A DNA stretch of 64,000 bases from Octopus sinensis (taxonomy: Eukaryota): assembly GCF_006345805.1 (NCBI RefSeq), contig NC_042998.1, positions 22,692,001-22,756,000 on the forward strand, read 5' to 3'. The position numbers were made by a program, and so were the translations under genes. Positions 11,093 to 25,548 of the stretch are shown one piece after another (within the stretch, counting starts at the first letter, position 1; every line of letters starts with the position of its first letter). Under the pieces are notes generated by a model. That model worked only from the letters and a program-made list of their open reading frames with translations. It was not told where the DNA came from and ran no database searches.

Positions 11093-12227
11093 ATATATAT
11101 ATCAGGCACAGTGATACTAATAACCTGGTATTAGAACTCAGTATACATATGCTTCAGAACAAAGCACTAGTCAAGTACAGCTCAGTAATAAGTAATTAGA
11201 AGATGAAGGAATAAAAAGTTATGTCTTGAACTTCACTAGCTTACAGCTGTTTCTGCGATAAGATGCAATGCATTAATAGCTAAATGCTTGTGCATCACTA
11301 TATATATATATATATATATACATGATGATGATGATGATGTGTAAGTGTATGTGTGTGTGTGTGTGCATTCATGCATATGTGTATGTCTGTGTGAAATTAG
11401 CTGATAGTAGTTTTATAAATGTTTTATTTGAAATTTAAATTTACTTGAATTTAGCTTCAAATTACAATTCAAATTAGATGATTTAATTAATTCTAAATTA
11501 TCTTGATTTGTTGTCAAAGTAGTGAAGTGGAAAGTCAAATTTTATATGTAAATATATATATATGTGTGTGTGTGTGTATGAATGTGTGTGTATGTGTGTG
11601 TGTGTGTGTATGTGTGTATATAGACTTTTTAATCTAAATTCTTTCCAGTTCAGTTCGTTTTGTGTAATTAGTTTACAAGAGTTTACAGTTGTATTTTTCA
11701 GCAACATAGAAGCTAAAATTTTACAAATGTCACTGAGTTGATTTTTCAGTTGGGAGCACCATTTTCTTTTTCAATATTTGCTTTCTTTTAGAAAAATATC
11801 ACTTAAAACTAACCAGACTATAATAGCCAAACATAGAACAAAAATAAGAAAAACAACTTCTATTTATTTAGCTATTTTTTAAATATCTCTTTAGCCTTTA
11901 AGACTATCTTTGAATTCCAAGAATAAAAATGAAATGCCCCTTCCATTATTTCTTTCTCTGCCTCCTATTTATGTATTATAAATATCAAAGCTTGTATTTG
12001 CTTATTTATATGTTTGCTTATTTCCATATAGTTTGTAATAGTATTTAATTTGAAAAACTGAATTTGTTGAAATTCTTGCGAGATTTTACTCTTGTTAAAG
12101 TAAGTGGATACTAATAATTTTAAATTATTCTGGCAAATAGCTTGTTATTTGAAATCTTCTCCTAACATAGAACGGCCAATAAGGAGTTGTTTTGATCAAA
12201 CATATTTTATTCATTTGAATATATATA

Positions 12228-12598
12228 TACTAGCAGTATCACCCGGCATTGCTCGGGTTTGTTTTGACCCTTTAGAATTAGAATTTTTGAAAAGTAAAAA
12301 TTTTGCATTATGTAGCTTGTTATTCTCTTTAAGTGAACATTTTTCTGGTTGAAATACACCGAAAAATGGCGACACAGCAGTCAAAAAATCGTTAAAAAAT
12401 AGGGATTTTCATAGAAAAAAAAGCACCTTTTTGATGTAAATAATTTTTGGTGTTAACATGGTCCGATTTTCATTTTTTCTTCTATGGAAGGAAGAGTAAG
12501 CCTTCTTCTATCATACTTTCAATTTAGTGTTAGTTGAAGGCTTCCAAACCTGCCACACACACACAGACAACTTCAGCTTTATATATATATATATAGAT
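12228..12598 (+). mobile_element. Non-autonomous Helitron/Helentron-like element
   Basis: tactagcagtat start, cccggcattgctcggg hairpin, acagacaac..tttatatatatagat end, set in (TA)n. Confidence 0.65.
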
Positions 12599-13135
12599 AT
12601 ATGTTTTTTAGTTTCTATATCCCGTTTTATTAACAACATATTTTTATGGAAAGGAAAGAAAAGAAGCATTAAAAGCATAAAAGACCAAGTCATTGCAAAA
12701 AATTCCCCCATAAGTATCTCACCTAGGAAATAAAGAAAAAGGGTGGGTGAGGGGAGTAACAGGTTGTACCTTGTGGACGTAATTGCTGTACCTTGTGGAC
12801 ATAATTGCAAAGGTATTGCCAGAGGGAATGGCCAGCGACAATCACTGCGATAGTCCCCCTACCTTGCAAGACTCTGATTTCATTTTGATTAAACGTAATA
12901 TTGTAAATTAAACCCACACCTATAGACTAATAGTTTTTAATTTTACTAACCCTTAATAGGGGATCCTGGTTATATGTTAACTCATAATGGTGAGCAAGTT
13001 AAACTACTTACAGTATTAAACTGTAATGGCCATATATGCTGTCACTTATCATGTCTCTTTTAACTTGGTACAAGGACCCAAGATTTATCAGAGGAGAAAA
13101 TGAAATGTTCATACTTTTTTGCTGAGTATCATTAA

Positions 13136-14027
13136 CCCATTCATTACCGTATTTATTTTGAATTGCTCACTGTTTCTTTTAATTAATTTTAAATATAACA
13201 ATGAATTTAGTAAAATAACTTAGTTTTCATTAAACTGGTTTTAGGAATGTAAATTGTGGAAGATTTTAATTCAGAACTTTTGAAAACAAGACATTTGTAC
13301 TACAGAGCCCACGGTGGTTTCAGCTGGGTTAGTATCAAAAGGGTTCAATTAATCATTTGTTAACCCTTTTGTTACCATATTTCTGTTGAGATGCTTTCTG
13401 TTTTTCTTTCAATTAATTTTAAATATAACAAAGAATTTAGTAAAATATATTAGTTATCATCAAGCCAGTATTAGGAACATAAATTATGACTAAAGTTTGG
13501 TGGAAGATTTTAATTCAGAACTTTCGAAACCATGACATTTTTTCTCCAGAGCCAGAGGTGGTTTCAGATGGGTTGGTATCAAATGAGTTAAATTAATCAT
13601 TTGTTAACCCTTTCATTACCAACCCAGTTGAAACCAGTTCTGGTTCTGAATACAAATGTTTTGTCTTCATAAGTTTTGAATTCAAATCTTCTACCAAACC
13701 TTAGTCACAATTTATGTTTCTAACAGTAGCTGAATAATAACTAAGTTATTTCACTAAATTCTTTGTTATATTTAAAATTAATTGAAAGAAACACAGAGCA
13801 TCTCAAAATAAATACAATAACAAAAGGGTTACGATGCTCTGTGTTTCTTTCAATTAATTTTAAATATAGCAAAGAATTTAGTAAAATAACTTAGTTATCA
13901 TTAAGCTAGTGTTAGGAACATAAATTGTGACTAAGGTTTGGTGGAAGATTTTAATTCAGAACTTATGAAAACAAGACATTTGTACTACAGAGCCAGAGGT
14001 GGTTTCATCCGGGCTGGTGTCAAAAGG
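13136..14027. mobile_element. Array of four piggyBac-like (TTAA) MITE copies, orientation + + - +
   Basis: About 220-bp units with ccctt..aaggg ends at 13136-13343, 13364-13587, 13608-13828 (inverted) and 13833-14027 (truncated). Confidence 0.8.
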
Positions 14028-15078
14028 CTAAATGCAAGTGAGAACAGGTCTGACCATGGGCTGAATATTTTTTATGAAATTTAGGGCTTACCTTCAGCTC
14101 CACTATGTGTACATGCAACTTCTTTTACTTGTTTCGGTCATTAGATTGTGGCCATACTGGGGCACTGCCTTGAGAAATCCTTTTACCTTGGTAAAATATT
14201 GGTTTCCATTTAGCTTAGGCATGCATGCAATGTCAGTATTTGCAGGGCAAGGATACTGCTGGCTGAAACTTGTTCAGAATATTACTAGGATCCATCGTAT
14301 TGTATTTATTTTGTTGACTTGTGCTCCCATAGTAACGAAAGAGGAAGTTTACTCCCTCCTAACTGGATTTGAAACAAGTACATTTTGAAACAAATCCAAA
14401 TACATGCATATCACTTTTAACATTTTGGTATGTGTGTAAGTATGTGCACACACACACACACCACACACACACACATATATACACATATACAGAAGCATAC
14501 ACACATTCACATTTCCGTTTTTGTGTCTGGTAGAGTATTCTTTTTTTTTTTTCCGTTGTCAAAGTCAAGCAATAATCCTTTGTTAAGTACAAATGATGAA
14601 CTGAAGTTCTTCTGTTAAATGTATTTACTTTCACTTTATAAGAAGGCGCAAAGCAAAAACAATAAAGTTTCCAGTGTGTTGAATATTCTTTTATCGTTAG
14701 ACAGACATCTGTGGAACTAATTTATAAAAAGTAATGTAAAAAGAAGAATGATAAGCCTTCAAAGTGAGTATGGCTGATTTGGAAAATAAGTGTCTTTCTG
14801 GGAAAAAAAAGCATAAGAAAAGAAAATGACAAAGATAAACCAAGTTTCAATAACTAGGTTTGTGCTCTGTGTGCGTGTGTATAATTGTGTATATTTACAG
14901 ACACACATGAACACATAGATGTGAACATACATACATACATTTAAGTGTGTGTGTGTGTTTGTGTGTAATATATATATGTAGGTTTGTCTTGTATGTTGTA
15001 TTTGTTTCAATCATCAGGCTGTGGACATACTGGAGCATTGCCTTGAAGAATTTTACTTGAATGAAGCACCTCCAGCTT

Positions 15079-15473
15079 TTACTCTTACTCTTTTACTTGT
15101 TCCAGTCATTTGACTGCGGCCATGCTGGAGCACCGCCTTTAGTCGAGCAAATCGACCCCGGGACTTATTCTTTGTAAGCCCAGTACTTATTCTATTGGTC
15201 TCTTTTGCCGAACCGCTAAGTTACGGGGACGTAAACACACCAGCATTGGTTGTCAAGCAATGCTTGGGGGACAAACACAAACACACACATATATATATAT
15301 ATACATATATACGACGGGCTTCTTTCAGTTTCCGTCTACCAAATCCACTCACAAAGCTTTGGTCAGCCCGAGGCTATAGTAGAAGACACTTGCCCAAGAT
15401 GCCACGCAATGGGACTGAACCCGGAACCATGTGGTTGGTTAGCAAGCTACTTACCACACAGCCACTCCTACGC
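15079..15473 (-). mobile_element. SINE family A, full length
   Basis: Reverse complement of the family A consensus. A second, degenerate copy follows at about 15500-15792. Confidence 0.85.
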
Positions 15474-16207
15474 TTTATTTATTTATTTTTTCTATTTAAC
15501 ATGGCACTTATTCTATTGGTCTCTTTTTGCCAAACCACAAAGCTATAGAGACATAAGCACACTTGTCAAACATCAATGGGAAACAACCACAAGTGCAGAC
15601 ACAAAATGACACACATACACACAAACACACACGATGGGCTCCATTCAGTTTCTGTTTACCAAATCCACTCACAAGGCTTTAGTAAGCCTGAGGCAATGAT
15701 AGAAGACACTTGCCCAAGATGTCATGCAATGGGACAGAACCTGGGACTATGCGATTGGGAAGCAAACTTCTTACTACACAGCCATGCCTCTACTCATATG
15801 TGGATGTAGCATGGCTTACTAAGAAGTCTGTTTTGCAATAATGTGGTTCAGGGTTCAATCTCTGTGTAGTATCTTGGCCAAAATATCTTTTGCCATATTT
15901 TCATGCTGACCAAAGCATCACAAGTAAAATTGGATAGATGGAAACTATGCTGAAACCCATCAGAAGGATTATAACTGCAATTCAGAGGTTCAGCTCTGTC
16001 ACACACAATGCCATACTGATTCTGGTTCATTGTGAAGGGTACAGTGAATGTGGGATATTCAACCACTTACGTGTTAATTCAATGAGAAGATGTGTAACTT
16101 CATTGAACAACTAACAGATCCATTTACTTACATACACATGCACACACACACATTTGCATTTGTGTATGTGTGTGTGTGCATGTGTGTATGTTTATGAAGA
16201 GATTTAT

Positions 16208-16270
<63 letters not shown>

Positions 16271-16273
<3 letters not shown>

Positions 16274-16563
16274 GAGGCGCAATGGCCCAGTGGTTAGGGC
16301 AGCAGACTCACGGTCGTAGGATCGCGGTTTCAATTTTGATTCCCAGACCGGGCGTTGTGAGTGTTTATTGAGCGAAAACACCTAAAAGCTTCATGAGGCT
16401 CCGGCAGGGAATGGTGATCCCTGCCGTACTCTTTCACCACTCTTTCTTCTGTTGGCCTGCTCGCTTAGCCAGCAGGGTGGCGTCATTCGAAGGCTAAAAC
16501 AATGCAAACGCATTGTGACCAGCGATGTGTAACTACATCTGATGGACTGGTCGGTCACGTGAT

Positions 16564-16570
<7 letters not shown>
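16271..16570 (+). mobile_element. tRNA-derived SINE family C inserted in (TA)n
   Basis: tggcccagtggttagggc A-box-like head, CpG-rich body, tcacgtga end, (TA)n on both sides. Confidence 0.7.
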
Positions 16571-16619
<49 letters not shown>

Positions 16620-16650
16620 GTTTATGTGTGTGTATTTATATATAGTTGCT

Positions 16651-17080
16651 GGACTGGCTGTGTGGTAAGAAGCTTGTTCCCCAACCACATGGTTCTGGGT
16701 TCAATCTCACTGGCACCTTGGGCAAGTGTCTTCTGCTATAGCCTCAGGCCAACCAAAGCCTTGTGAGTGAATTTGGTAGATGGAAACTGAAAGAATCCTG
16801 TCTTAATATGTATGCGTGTGTTTGTGAGTATGTATGTGTATGTGTGTATGCATGTTCACACCTTTGTGTCTGTGTCTGTCTCCCCTCCCACTACCGCTTG
16901 AGAACCGGTGTTGGTGTGTTTACATCCCCATAACTTAGCGGTGCAGCAAAAGAGACCAATAGAATAAATACTAGGCTTAAAATAAGATAAGAACTGGGAT
17001 CAATTCATTGAACTAAAAATTCTTCCAGGCAGTGTCCCAGCATGGCTGCTGTCTAATGATTGTGAGAAGTAAAAGATAAA
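16651..17080 (+). mobile_element. SINE family A, diverged
   Basis: Family head, core and tail present. Confidence 0.75.
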
Positions 17081-18054
17081 AATATATATGTGTGTGTGTG
17101 TGTGTTTACAGAGACACATACGTACACACAGACTGGACATGAAGTATTCACATATGTGTTTTATATTTGTCTGTGAGACCGTATGACTGTTACCTAATTC
17201 TTCCACACTAATTGCTTGTTTTGAGACAAGCTTAGTACAATGGCTATTCAAGTTAATAGCATTTAGATTGCTTTATCTTATATACGAGCTTCTCTTCACA
17301 CCACAGCCTCCCAACGTAGAACATAGAATTAACATTTATACAATTATCAAAGCTATACATTTCATGTGGATAAGATAAGTTGAATAAAAGAGATTTTGTT
17401 AATGCCATACATTAAGTAAAGTCCCGGGCAAAAATGTCACTCCTCCCAATTGCCTGGTCGCATGTTTAAATAAACTATCAGTTGCAAGTGTGAGCCTGAA
17501 TTAATTCTTCTATATTAATAATTCATGAAGTTTCTTTGTGAAAATTTTCTTCATATTTGTTTATTTTTTAAATAGTTTAACATAAATTTTATTTTTTTTT
17601 TTGTGTGATGGCTGATGATATGTGATAACCTTAACGTACCATGATTGTTGATATCGCAAAGCACAGTTGATGGTAGAATTAGAAGCATACCAGACAAAAT
17701 ACATTACGGTTAGGTTCCAAGATCCAGCTTTGACAGACCTGACTTCATTCTTTTATCCTCTCTTGGTTCAATAAAACAAGGATCAGTGAAACACTGGGGA
17801 TGATTTAACTGTTTGTGCTCCCCCAATCTCCACAAAAATGTATAGTCTTATACCAATGTTAAGAGGTCATTATAAGTTTGTTTTTTTTTCTAGTTAAAAT
17901 AAATTTACAAATTTGTGAATTTATTTGTATGTTATTTCCTTTCTTTAAATAAACAACTTGTTAGCAGGAATGGAAAATTTAGTTCTAGTTTCTTTGTTTC
18001 TTGTATTGCTTTTTGTTGTTTATAAATTAAAATTTTAAGCAGAGAAAACCAGGC

Positions 18055-18330
18055 ACGAGTATTGCTGTGTGGTCAGAAGTTTGCCTCCCAACCACATGGT
18101 TCCAGGTTCAGTCCCACTGTGTGGCACGTTGGGCGAGTATCTTCTATTATAGTCTCAGACTAACAAAAGCCTTGTGAATGGATTAGGTAGATGGAAACCA
18201 AAAGAAACCCATCAGTGTGGCTGTGTGGTAAGGAGCTTGCTTCCCAACCATATGGTTCTGGGTTCAGTCTCACTGCATGGCACCTTGGGCAAATGTCTTC
18301 TATAGTCTTGGGCTGACCAAAGCCTTGTAA

Positions 18331-18388
<58 letters not shown>

Positions 18389-18598
18389 GTGTGTCTGTGG
18401 TTGTCCCCAACCGTCGCTTGACAACTGATGTAGGTGTGTTTACATCCCTGTAACTCAGCAGTTTGGCAAAAGAGACTGATAGAATAAGTACTAGGCTTAC
18501 AATGAATAAGTCCTAGGTCCAATTTTTTGACTAAAGGTGGTGCTCCAGCATGACCACAGTCAAATGGCTGAAACAAATAAAAGAATAAAGTAAAAGGA
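18055..18598 (+). mobile_element. SINE family A head (18055-18212) plus a second copy (18216-18598)
   Basis: Two consecutive family heads; long (TG)n core. Confidence 0.75.
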
Positions 18599-19647
18599 TA
18601 TGTGTGTGTTTGTTCCTACCACTGCTTGACGAGTGTTGGTGTGTTTATGTCCCCATAACCTAGTGGTTTGACAGAAGTAACTGATAAAATAAGTATGAGG
18701 CTTCTAAAAAATAGGAAATCCTGGGGTTAATTCGTTTGACTGAACTACTCCAGCATGGCCACAGTCAGGTGAAAGGGAAAGATAAAGATTAAAATTTCAT
18801 GCACAGGAAATCAAAATGTTATCTATCAAATGCTGAAAATATTTGTTTGTGTCAGAATTAAATTTTTAAAAGAATTTTTAAATATCTGAAATTTTTTTAA
18901 AAATAATATTTTGATTCAAAGTTTGAATTTTCAGTCTCTTAGACTTTTTAGCTATGTATTTTTTTTTGTTTTTATTTTTATTATTATTTTTATTTTTGCG
19001 ATAGCCTCTTTAAACATGAACTATCTAAATACCTACTAATAGGTATGTGAATGAAGCTATTAGATGCCTTTGTCTGAGAGAGGGTGAGAGAGTTTTTGTG
19101 AAACATCACATGCAAAAAAAAAAAGTAAAAAAAAGAAAATTAGGACCCATATTGCTTTAAGTGTTTGTTGATGAAAATATGTCATGCTTTTGAACTTTAT
19201 TTTATATGTCTATGAGCTGTGTAAAATATAGTTCAAATAGCATGACATATTTTAAAAGGTTTAATCGCAAACAAATAATAGAGATTCTGTTGTCTATAGC
19301 ATGCAATTTTGGCTGCCATGTGCATTAAGCGCCTTGATGTTATAAGCAGCAGGCTGTGAGCTTTATAACCTGGAAGCAGTGAATCAAATTACAAATATAC
19401 TGTAATGTAATTTGATAACATAGAATATTGCTGAATTTTGTGCATACTGGTCGAAGAAAGTAACCGATCTGCTTAAACAGATGAAAGGATAAAAAGTTTA
19501 AGTAATATTGGAACATATTGGGAAAGATTTTCAAAGAGTACTTTCAAAGTTGACCTTCATTCATATTGTTATTTGTATTACTTGTTATATTATTCTCTGG
19601 TTTCGCTTTCGTTTTTGTTTTTCATTTTGGTTATTTTTATATATATA

Positions 19648-20010
19648 TACTAGCAGTATCGCCCGGCGTTGCTCGGGTTTGTAAGGGAAATAACTATAAA
19701 GCATTTTTAGAGAGTTATAGCCAAAAAATGGGGAAAAAAATTATGGTAAATTTTTTGTTTAGTTAAAAAGGTCGAGTTGCGTCCCCTAGACAATCTGTGG
19801 TTTGTGTTTCTGATTCTCCACCCCATGTCGAATTTATCGATTTTTTTCAGAACTGGGGGAACTTTTCAAAATTTTCGCTGCGTTAGTTTTGAATTATGAC
19901 ATTGGGCTATGTGTGTGTCAAGTTTCATCAGAATCGGTTGAAAGCCGTGGTCAGGGTGAGGGTACAACCTAACAGACACACAGACAAACTGCCGTTTATA
20001 TATAGAGAGA
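19648..20010 (+). mobile_element. Non-autonomous Helitron/Helentron-like element
   Basis: Same start and hairpin as 12228; cagacaaactgccgtttatatatag end; flanked by (TA)n. Confidence 0.65.
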
Positions 20011-20305
20011 AGATATATATATATATATATATATATTTTATTCTTTTAATAATATTGTAGGAAAAGAAGAGATTTTATGGTACTGCATTTTTAAATGTGC
20101 TGTTACCTGAGTTCATTTTGATATATTAATCTTTAATAACTCCAGTATTCTGATAAGGACCGGCTCCTTTTGCTTGGAAAATATTTCAAGAAACAAAATA
20201 TGTGCATAATAGAAAGAATATTATATTTTCTAGATTTTACTTCCTTTTATCAATAAAATTTTTAAGAATTAATAATCTCCTGCTATGAGCTTATTTGTCT
20301 TGTAG

Positions 20306-20354
20306 ATGCTTTAGATAATCAATTAATCAATCATTCGTTATTTTGTGATCAGTG
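20306..20354 (+). CDS. Weak candidate exon (49 nt, phase 1 in, phase 2 out)
   Basis: Acceptor ttatttgtcttgtag|, weak donor GTG|gtatct. Reads (D)ALDNQLINHSLFCDQ and is phase-compatible with 27801. Confidence 0.22.
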
Positions 20355-22883
20355 GTATCTACCAGTTGGTGATAAGTTCTTTTAACTTTTATTGTGGAAG
20401 ATAGGAAGTTGTTATAATTATGCTTTTCATAAAAGCATTTGAAATTTGAAATTTAAATGAGCGGAATAATTTGAACAAGGATTAGAAATGAAGTCGTGCA
20501 CTTTGTTGAGAATTTACTAAGTCACTTACAACTTTTATAACCAACTTTCTTACATTTTCTTCAATATATTATAGAATTTTGTTAGGAAGATTAACGTTTA
20601 AATGTCATTTATGACACAACTTTTATTATAGCTAATAATTTTTATATCATAATCTTCATCTTGGTGTGTCTAATTCTTTACATTTGTCATTCTGTATTCT
20701 TGGATTAAGTTTGTTGTTCCTTATACAAAATGATTCTTCACTTTGAAGAAATGTAAATCTGAACAAGTTTTTTTTATTTTTTTATTTCTGAATTAAGAAA
20801 AAAATATTATTTCAGTATTAGCATCAGACTAACTTAGACATTCTTTAAAATAATATTATTTTTATACAATGTGTGTGGGGGTTATTCTCACATATGAAAT
20901 TATCTGAGTAATATTTAGAGTCTGCAATCAATTAGAAACGGTACAGTAAAATTGTTTACCTTCAAAATTCATTTCTTTATAAAACATTAAATTCTGTTTA
21001 CATTCTTTCCATTTCTTTTTACAAATAATACAAAATTATGAATGTTTGAATAAATTGATTTTGTACTGAGAGAACAAATTGTGAGTTAATGGAATTTTAC
21101 ATATTGTAATTTTCAGAACTGATTATATAATGTTAATTAACAATTTTCGTGATTGGCCATTATTATTGTATTATTCTTTGGCAATTATTAAAATATGTAA
21201 TAAAAGAAAATAGTTACTTGTAACACTGATGTCTCAATAAAAGAGAAAGTTAATTATCTTGCTGAAACCAGAAACTGTTTTGTTTGTAAATAAACGGTTC
21301 ATACTTGACTTGATTTTTAACTTGTTTATCTATTATCTGTCATACAAATATAGAAAGATGGTGAAATGCCAGATACGGTAGAATGGCAAACAAAAGCTCT
21401 TGGAGTATTTAGTTTCATCCTTCTCATTCTGGGTTTGTCAAGAGATACTGGGGTCAATATTGTTTTCCATTCCCACAGAATTCCTAAAATATTTACCCAT
21501 CAGGAATAGATATGTTCCTGGCTTACTCACTTTAACGAAACATTGAACCTGCATAAGAGACTATATCATTACAATTATATTTTTGCTGAATATAACCTAC
21601 TTTCAAATTGTTTTGTAAAATAAAGAAACCAAAAATAAAACTTGATATAAAAAAATAAAAGCAAGTTCTGGCCCTTTGTTAATTTTTAGTTTATATTTTA
21701 AAAACTTTTCTACCCAATATTAAGTGTTTCTAAATGTTAAACTTAATTTATTGATAATTAATTGTTCTTTTATAAAGAGGCCTTTGTAAGACTTTGAAAT
21801 AATTGCTTACTGTCAATAAATTATTGCTCATTGATTAATCATACTCTTTTACATCATTATTAATTTGTTCCATCACTGTCTTGAACTTTGATTTTGAATT
21901 CTTAATATTCCAATACCTATTTCAATCTGATAGATTATGGTATGCTATCTTTACCATCTTCCTTAGATATATTTTTTTATGTTTTTGTTTTTTGCTTCAC
22001 ATTTGTTTGCAATATCTTATGTATTTTTAGTGGACAACAGAAATACTTTGATTAACAGCCAGTTTGGAATAGTACACAAATACTCATTAATTCATTGGCT
22101 ACATTTTAAAATAAGTTGTCAAGATCTTACTATAGAATTCTTCGTCTGTTCTCAAAAAGGAAAAAAAACATCAGTTTCATTCATATTTATACAATGCATC
22201 AAAATTAATCATAGATAAAGTACATTTATGTTTCACCTAAAATTGATCATGTTTACAATTGTTAGATTAAATTGCATTGTCTTCCTTTTTTTTTCAATTT
22301 AATCCGTAGGAATAAAATATATTTAATGTTCTGATATCTAATTAGGATGAAAACATCAACATCATTTTATTGATAGATTATTCTCAACCTTTTAAGATCA
22401 AAGCAGTGTCTACATGATATTGAATAGCTCTGTAAGTTAATATTGAAATCAGGAAAATTATGTTTACAATATTTTAAAATGTGCACGGATAAACAATTTA
22501 TTTCTAAGATGAGTTTGGATTCCAGGACAATGGCATCGTAATTTTATATGAACAGTTATAAAAGTTTGATGATAATTAAGTTGGGAATAATTTATGCAGT
22601 ATCTTAAAAATAAACATTATAAACAAAAATGCAGATATCTAAATTTTTACTTTTTAACTGAATATTTGAACTCAGTTTAAATAAAACAGTATTATATAAT
22701 AATGCTTTTCTCCTCTTTTCAAAAGATGAATTTATGTTTAATTCAATCTTGCGTTTTGAGAGAAGGTACTTCATAATTAAAATGATATCTTTGAATGAGA
22801 TTTCCTCATAGCTTTTTGTGTAAATGGCATGCTGTAGGTTTTCCTGATTTCCTATTCATAATGAAGTTGTTTAATGTTACATA

Positions 22884-22888
<5 letters not shown>

Positions 22889-22932
<44 letters not shown>

Positions 22933-23460
22933 AATACTGAATGAAAGCTGAATGATATTGTTTAGGGAATAATTTTCATTAGAATATATTGTTCAGTGTT
23001 TCCTCTTCTGCAAAACAGTTTAATACTTGCAGATTGCAGACCTAATGACAACTGTGAAGATATTTCATTTTCTTTAACACACACACACACACACAACCAC
23101 ACACATGTGCACATGTGCGCGCATACACTCACACACACACACACACACACACACACGCAGTTATTCGAGTTCAAAGAAATATAGTTGGTACATTGAAAAA
23201 TACTGAAGACAAATTCTAAGCAAAAATTACTATCAAACATTAGGTTTAATATTTGTGTGTGTGTGAGTGTGCCTGTACATATGTATATGTGTGTGTATGT
23301 GTGTATATATATATATATGTGTGTATATGTGTCTACATTTGTATGTATATATGTGTATGTATATATATATATGTATGTGTTTGTTCGTACATATGTATAT
23401 ATATGTGTATGTGTATGTTGTGTGTATGTCCATATGCATATATATATATATATGTCTGTG
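22889..23460. repeat. Cluster of (TA)n, (CA)n and compound (TG/TA)n microsatellites
   Basis: Direct reading; source of several spurious ORF-track entries. Confidence 0.9.
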
Positions 23461-23759
23461 TGTTTGTTTGCATATTCCTCTAAACAAATCATCTGGTTTT
23501 GCACCTTCAAAGATGCATGGAAAATTACTTATTTGAAAAGACCATTAAGGGTTAGAGAAACAGATAGGACTTCGTTGTTGTCGTCATCGTCATCACCCTC
23601 ATTATCATTTAGCATTTGTTTTCTATGCTAGCATGGATGGATAGTTTGACAGGAACTGGAAAGTCAGAAGATTGCACCTAGCCTTGCTGTCTGCTTTGGC
23701 ACGTTTTCTATAGCTGGATGCCCTTCCTTATGCCAACCACTTATCTTGTGTTAGAAGAG

Positions 23760-24692
23760 TAACGTGGCTACCTCAGATGGAGAGCAAGAGGAGAGAAGAT
23801 GATGAAGATGTGAGAGTTAACCATGAGGGCCCAGTTCTCAGTCCCCTCCTATTCATCATTGTCCTCCAGGCCATAACAGAAGAATTCAAGACTAGCTACC
23901 CCTGTGAGCTACCATATGCTGATAACCACTTTTGTAGCAGAATCTTTAACAGAATTAGAAAAGAAATTCCAGGTGTGGAAGCAAAACCTGGAATTAAAGG
24001 GCCCTAAGGTTAAGCTAGCAAAGACCAAAGTTCTAATGTGCAGGAAAACTGATAGGATTCTACTCACTTCAGGTAAATGGCCCTCTTCCTTATGTAGGAA
24101 AGGTATATGTAGCAATTCCATATGATATGTCCAGTGCAAGCTATGGACACTCAAGGGGTCCAGTGGAATCACTAGACGGTTGATGGAGAAAGTAGTGTTT
24201 CTGTATGGAAGATGCACAGGTACCTTAAAGCTAGGGACACATCAGAAATTGGTTCTTTCAAATGCCTTGGCAACTCCCTAGAAGTAGTAGAAAGTTTCTG
24301 TTACCTAGGCAACCGAATTAGCAGTGGAGGAGGAGATTCTGAAAGTGTAGTTGCTAGAATAAGGAAAGGATGGAAGAAGTTCAGAGAGCTTTTACCTCTG
24401 TTGGCAACAAAAGATCTCTCTCTCTCTCTCTCTCACTGAAAGACAGAACCTTGCCTCACTTCTTCTCTATCTAATATGATGTCAGGCATTTCATCCTTGA
24501 TTCTCATCCCCTAGCATCTATCACTCCTCCATCTATGGTACTACCCAGCTACTGTAATCACCCCAAAGCAGAATTGGCACCTATTACATCCCCTTCCTTT
24601 TAGCCACCTCCCTACCTCCCCTTCCATTTCTCATTATCATCTCTGCCCACGCGATTTCTTCCAATCACATCTTTGCTAAGCCTTCTGCTTCT

Positions 24693-24734
<42 letters not shown>

Positions 24735-25530
24735 CCTCTCTCCCCCCTCTCTCTCCCTCCCTTCCTCTATACTCCATTCTTAACACCTCTCTTACCTGCT
24801 TTCTTCCTCAATGCCTGAACACCAAACCTATCATCATACCCCACCTTACTACAGCCCCTTATGTACCTCCATATCTCCTTCTTCACTGCTCCTACACCTT
24901 GCACATCATGGCACTACCTATTCTAATGTATTCTCCTTCCTGAGCCACTCCTTTATCTCTCACCTTATGCCTCTCCATACTTGTATTCCACATCAACCAC
25001 ACATCCACCCTTGTTCATCACTCACTATATTCACCTCTGCCCTATCTTTAATCATCTGTTGCTTCCCCACCACACCCTTATGAAAGTATCCACTCTCTCC
25101 TATGACCCACTGTCTGTATCTTCTCTTGTGCTCCTCTTTTGTACCTTCACTTTGTTCTTGCACCCCATCTGTACCTTCCCTTTATCTCGTTCAGCCATGT
25201 ATCTCCTCTACAGCAAGATGTCTGTGTTTGTCTCTCCACCTTGCCCTTCCAAATACTCCCTTCTTAGTAACGAGAGGTTTTTCTTTTTCCCCTTTGTTCC
25301 TTTTGCCTTGCAAGTTTACACAGCATCCTTACTAGTAGTGACGGTGGCATGGGAAAAAAAAAACCCTATACACTCTGTAAAATGGTTGATGTTAAGAAGA
25401 GCATCCAGCTGTAGAAACCCTGCCGAATCTGACACCAGAGTTTGATGTGGCTGTGCCACTCATCAGATTCTGTCAAATCACTCAAACCATACCAGCATGG
25501 AAAATGGACATTAAACTATTATTATTATTA
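23760..25530 (+). mobile_element. 5'-truncated RTE-clade LINE: RT fragment, pyrimidine-rich 3' UTR and tail
   Basis: HEGPVLSPLLFIIVLQAITEEFKT..ELPYAD, GKWPSSLCRKG, LEVVESFCYLG..ARIRKGWKKFRELLPLL; frameshifted. Family 3' tail at 25330-25520. Confidence 0.85.
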
Positions 25531-25548
25531 TTATTATTATTGTTATTG

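Noticed and set aside
11236-11285. Minus-strand GAA-ACAGCTGT-A with tagct/agcta stem I
   Set aside because: The core between stems I and II is only 5 nt (attaa); possibly a decayed Penelope-type hammerhead but not callable.
14701-14763. Exon-like segment with gtgagt donor
   Set aside because: Stops in all three frames from the acceptor; could only be non-coding, and there is no other support.
25441-25470. Minus-strand CTGATGA followed by a perfect gtggc/gccac hairpin
   Set aside because: No GAAA, stem III or stem I follows; it lies in a diverged RTE tail, so likely chance.
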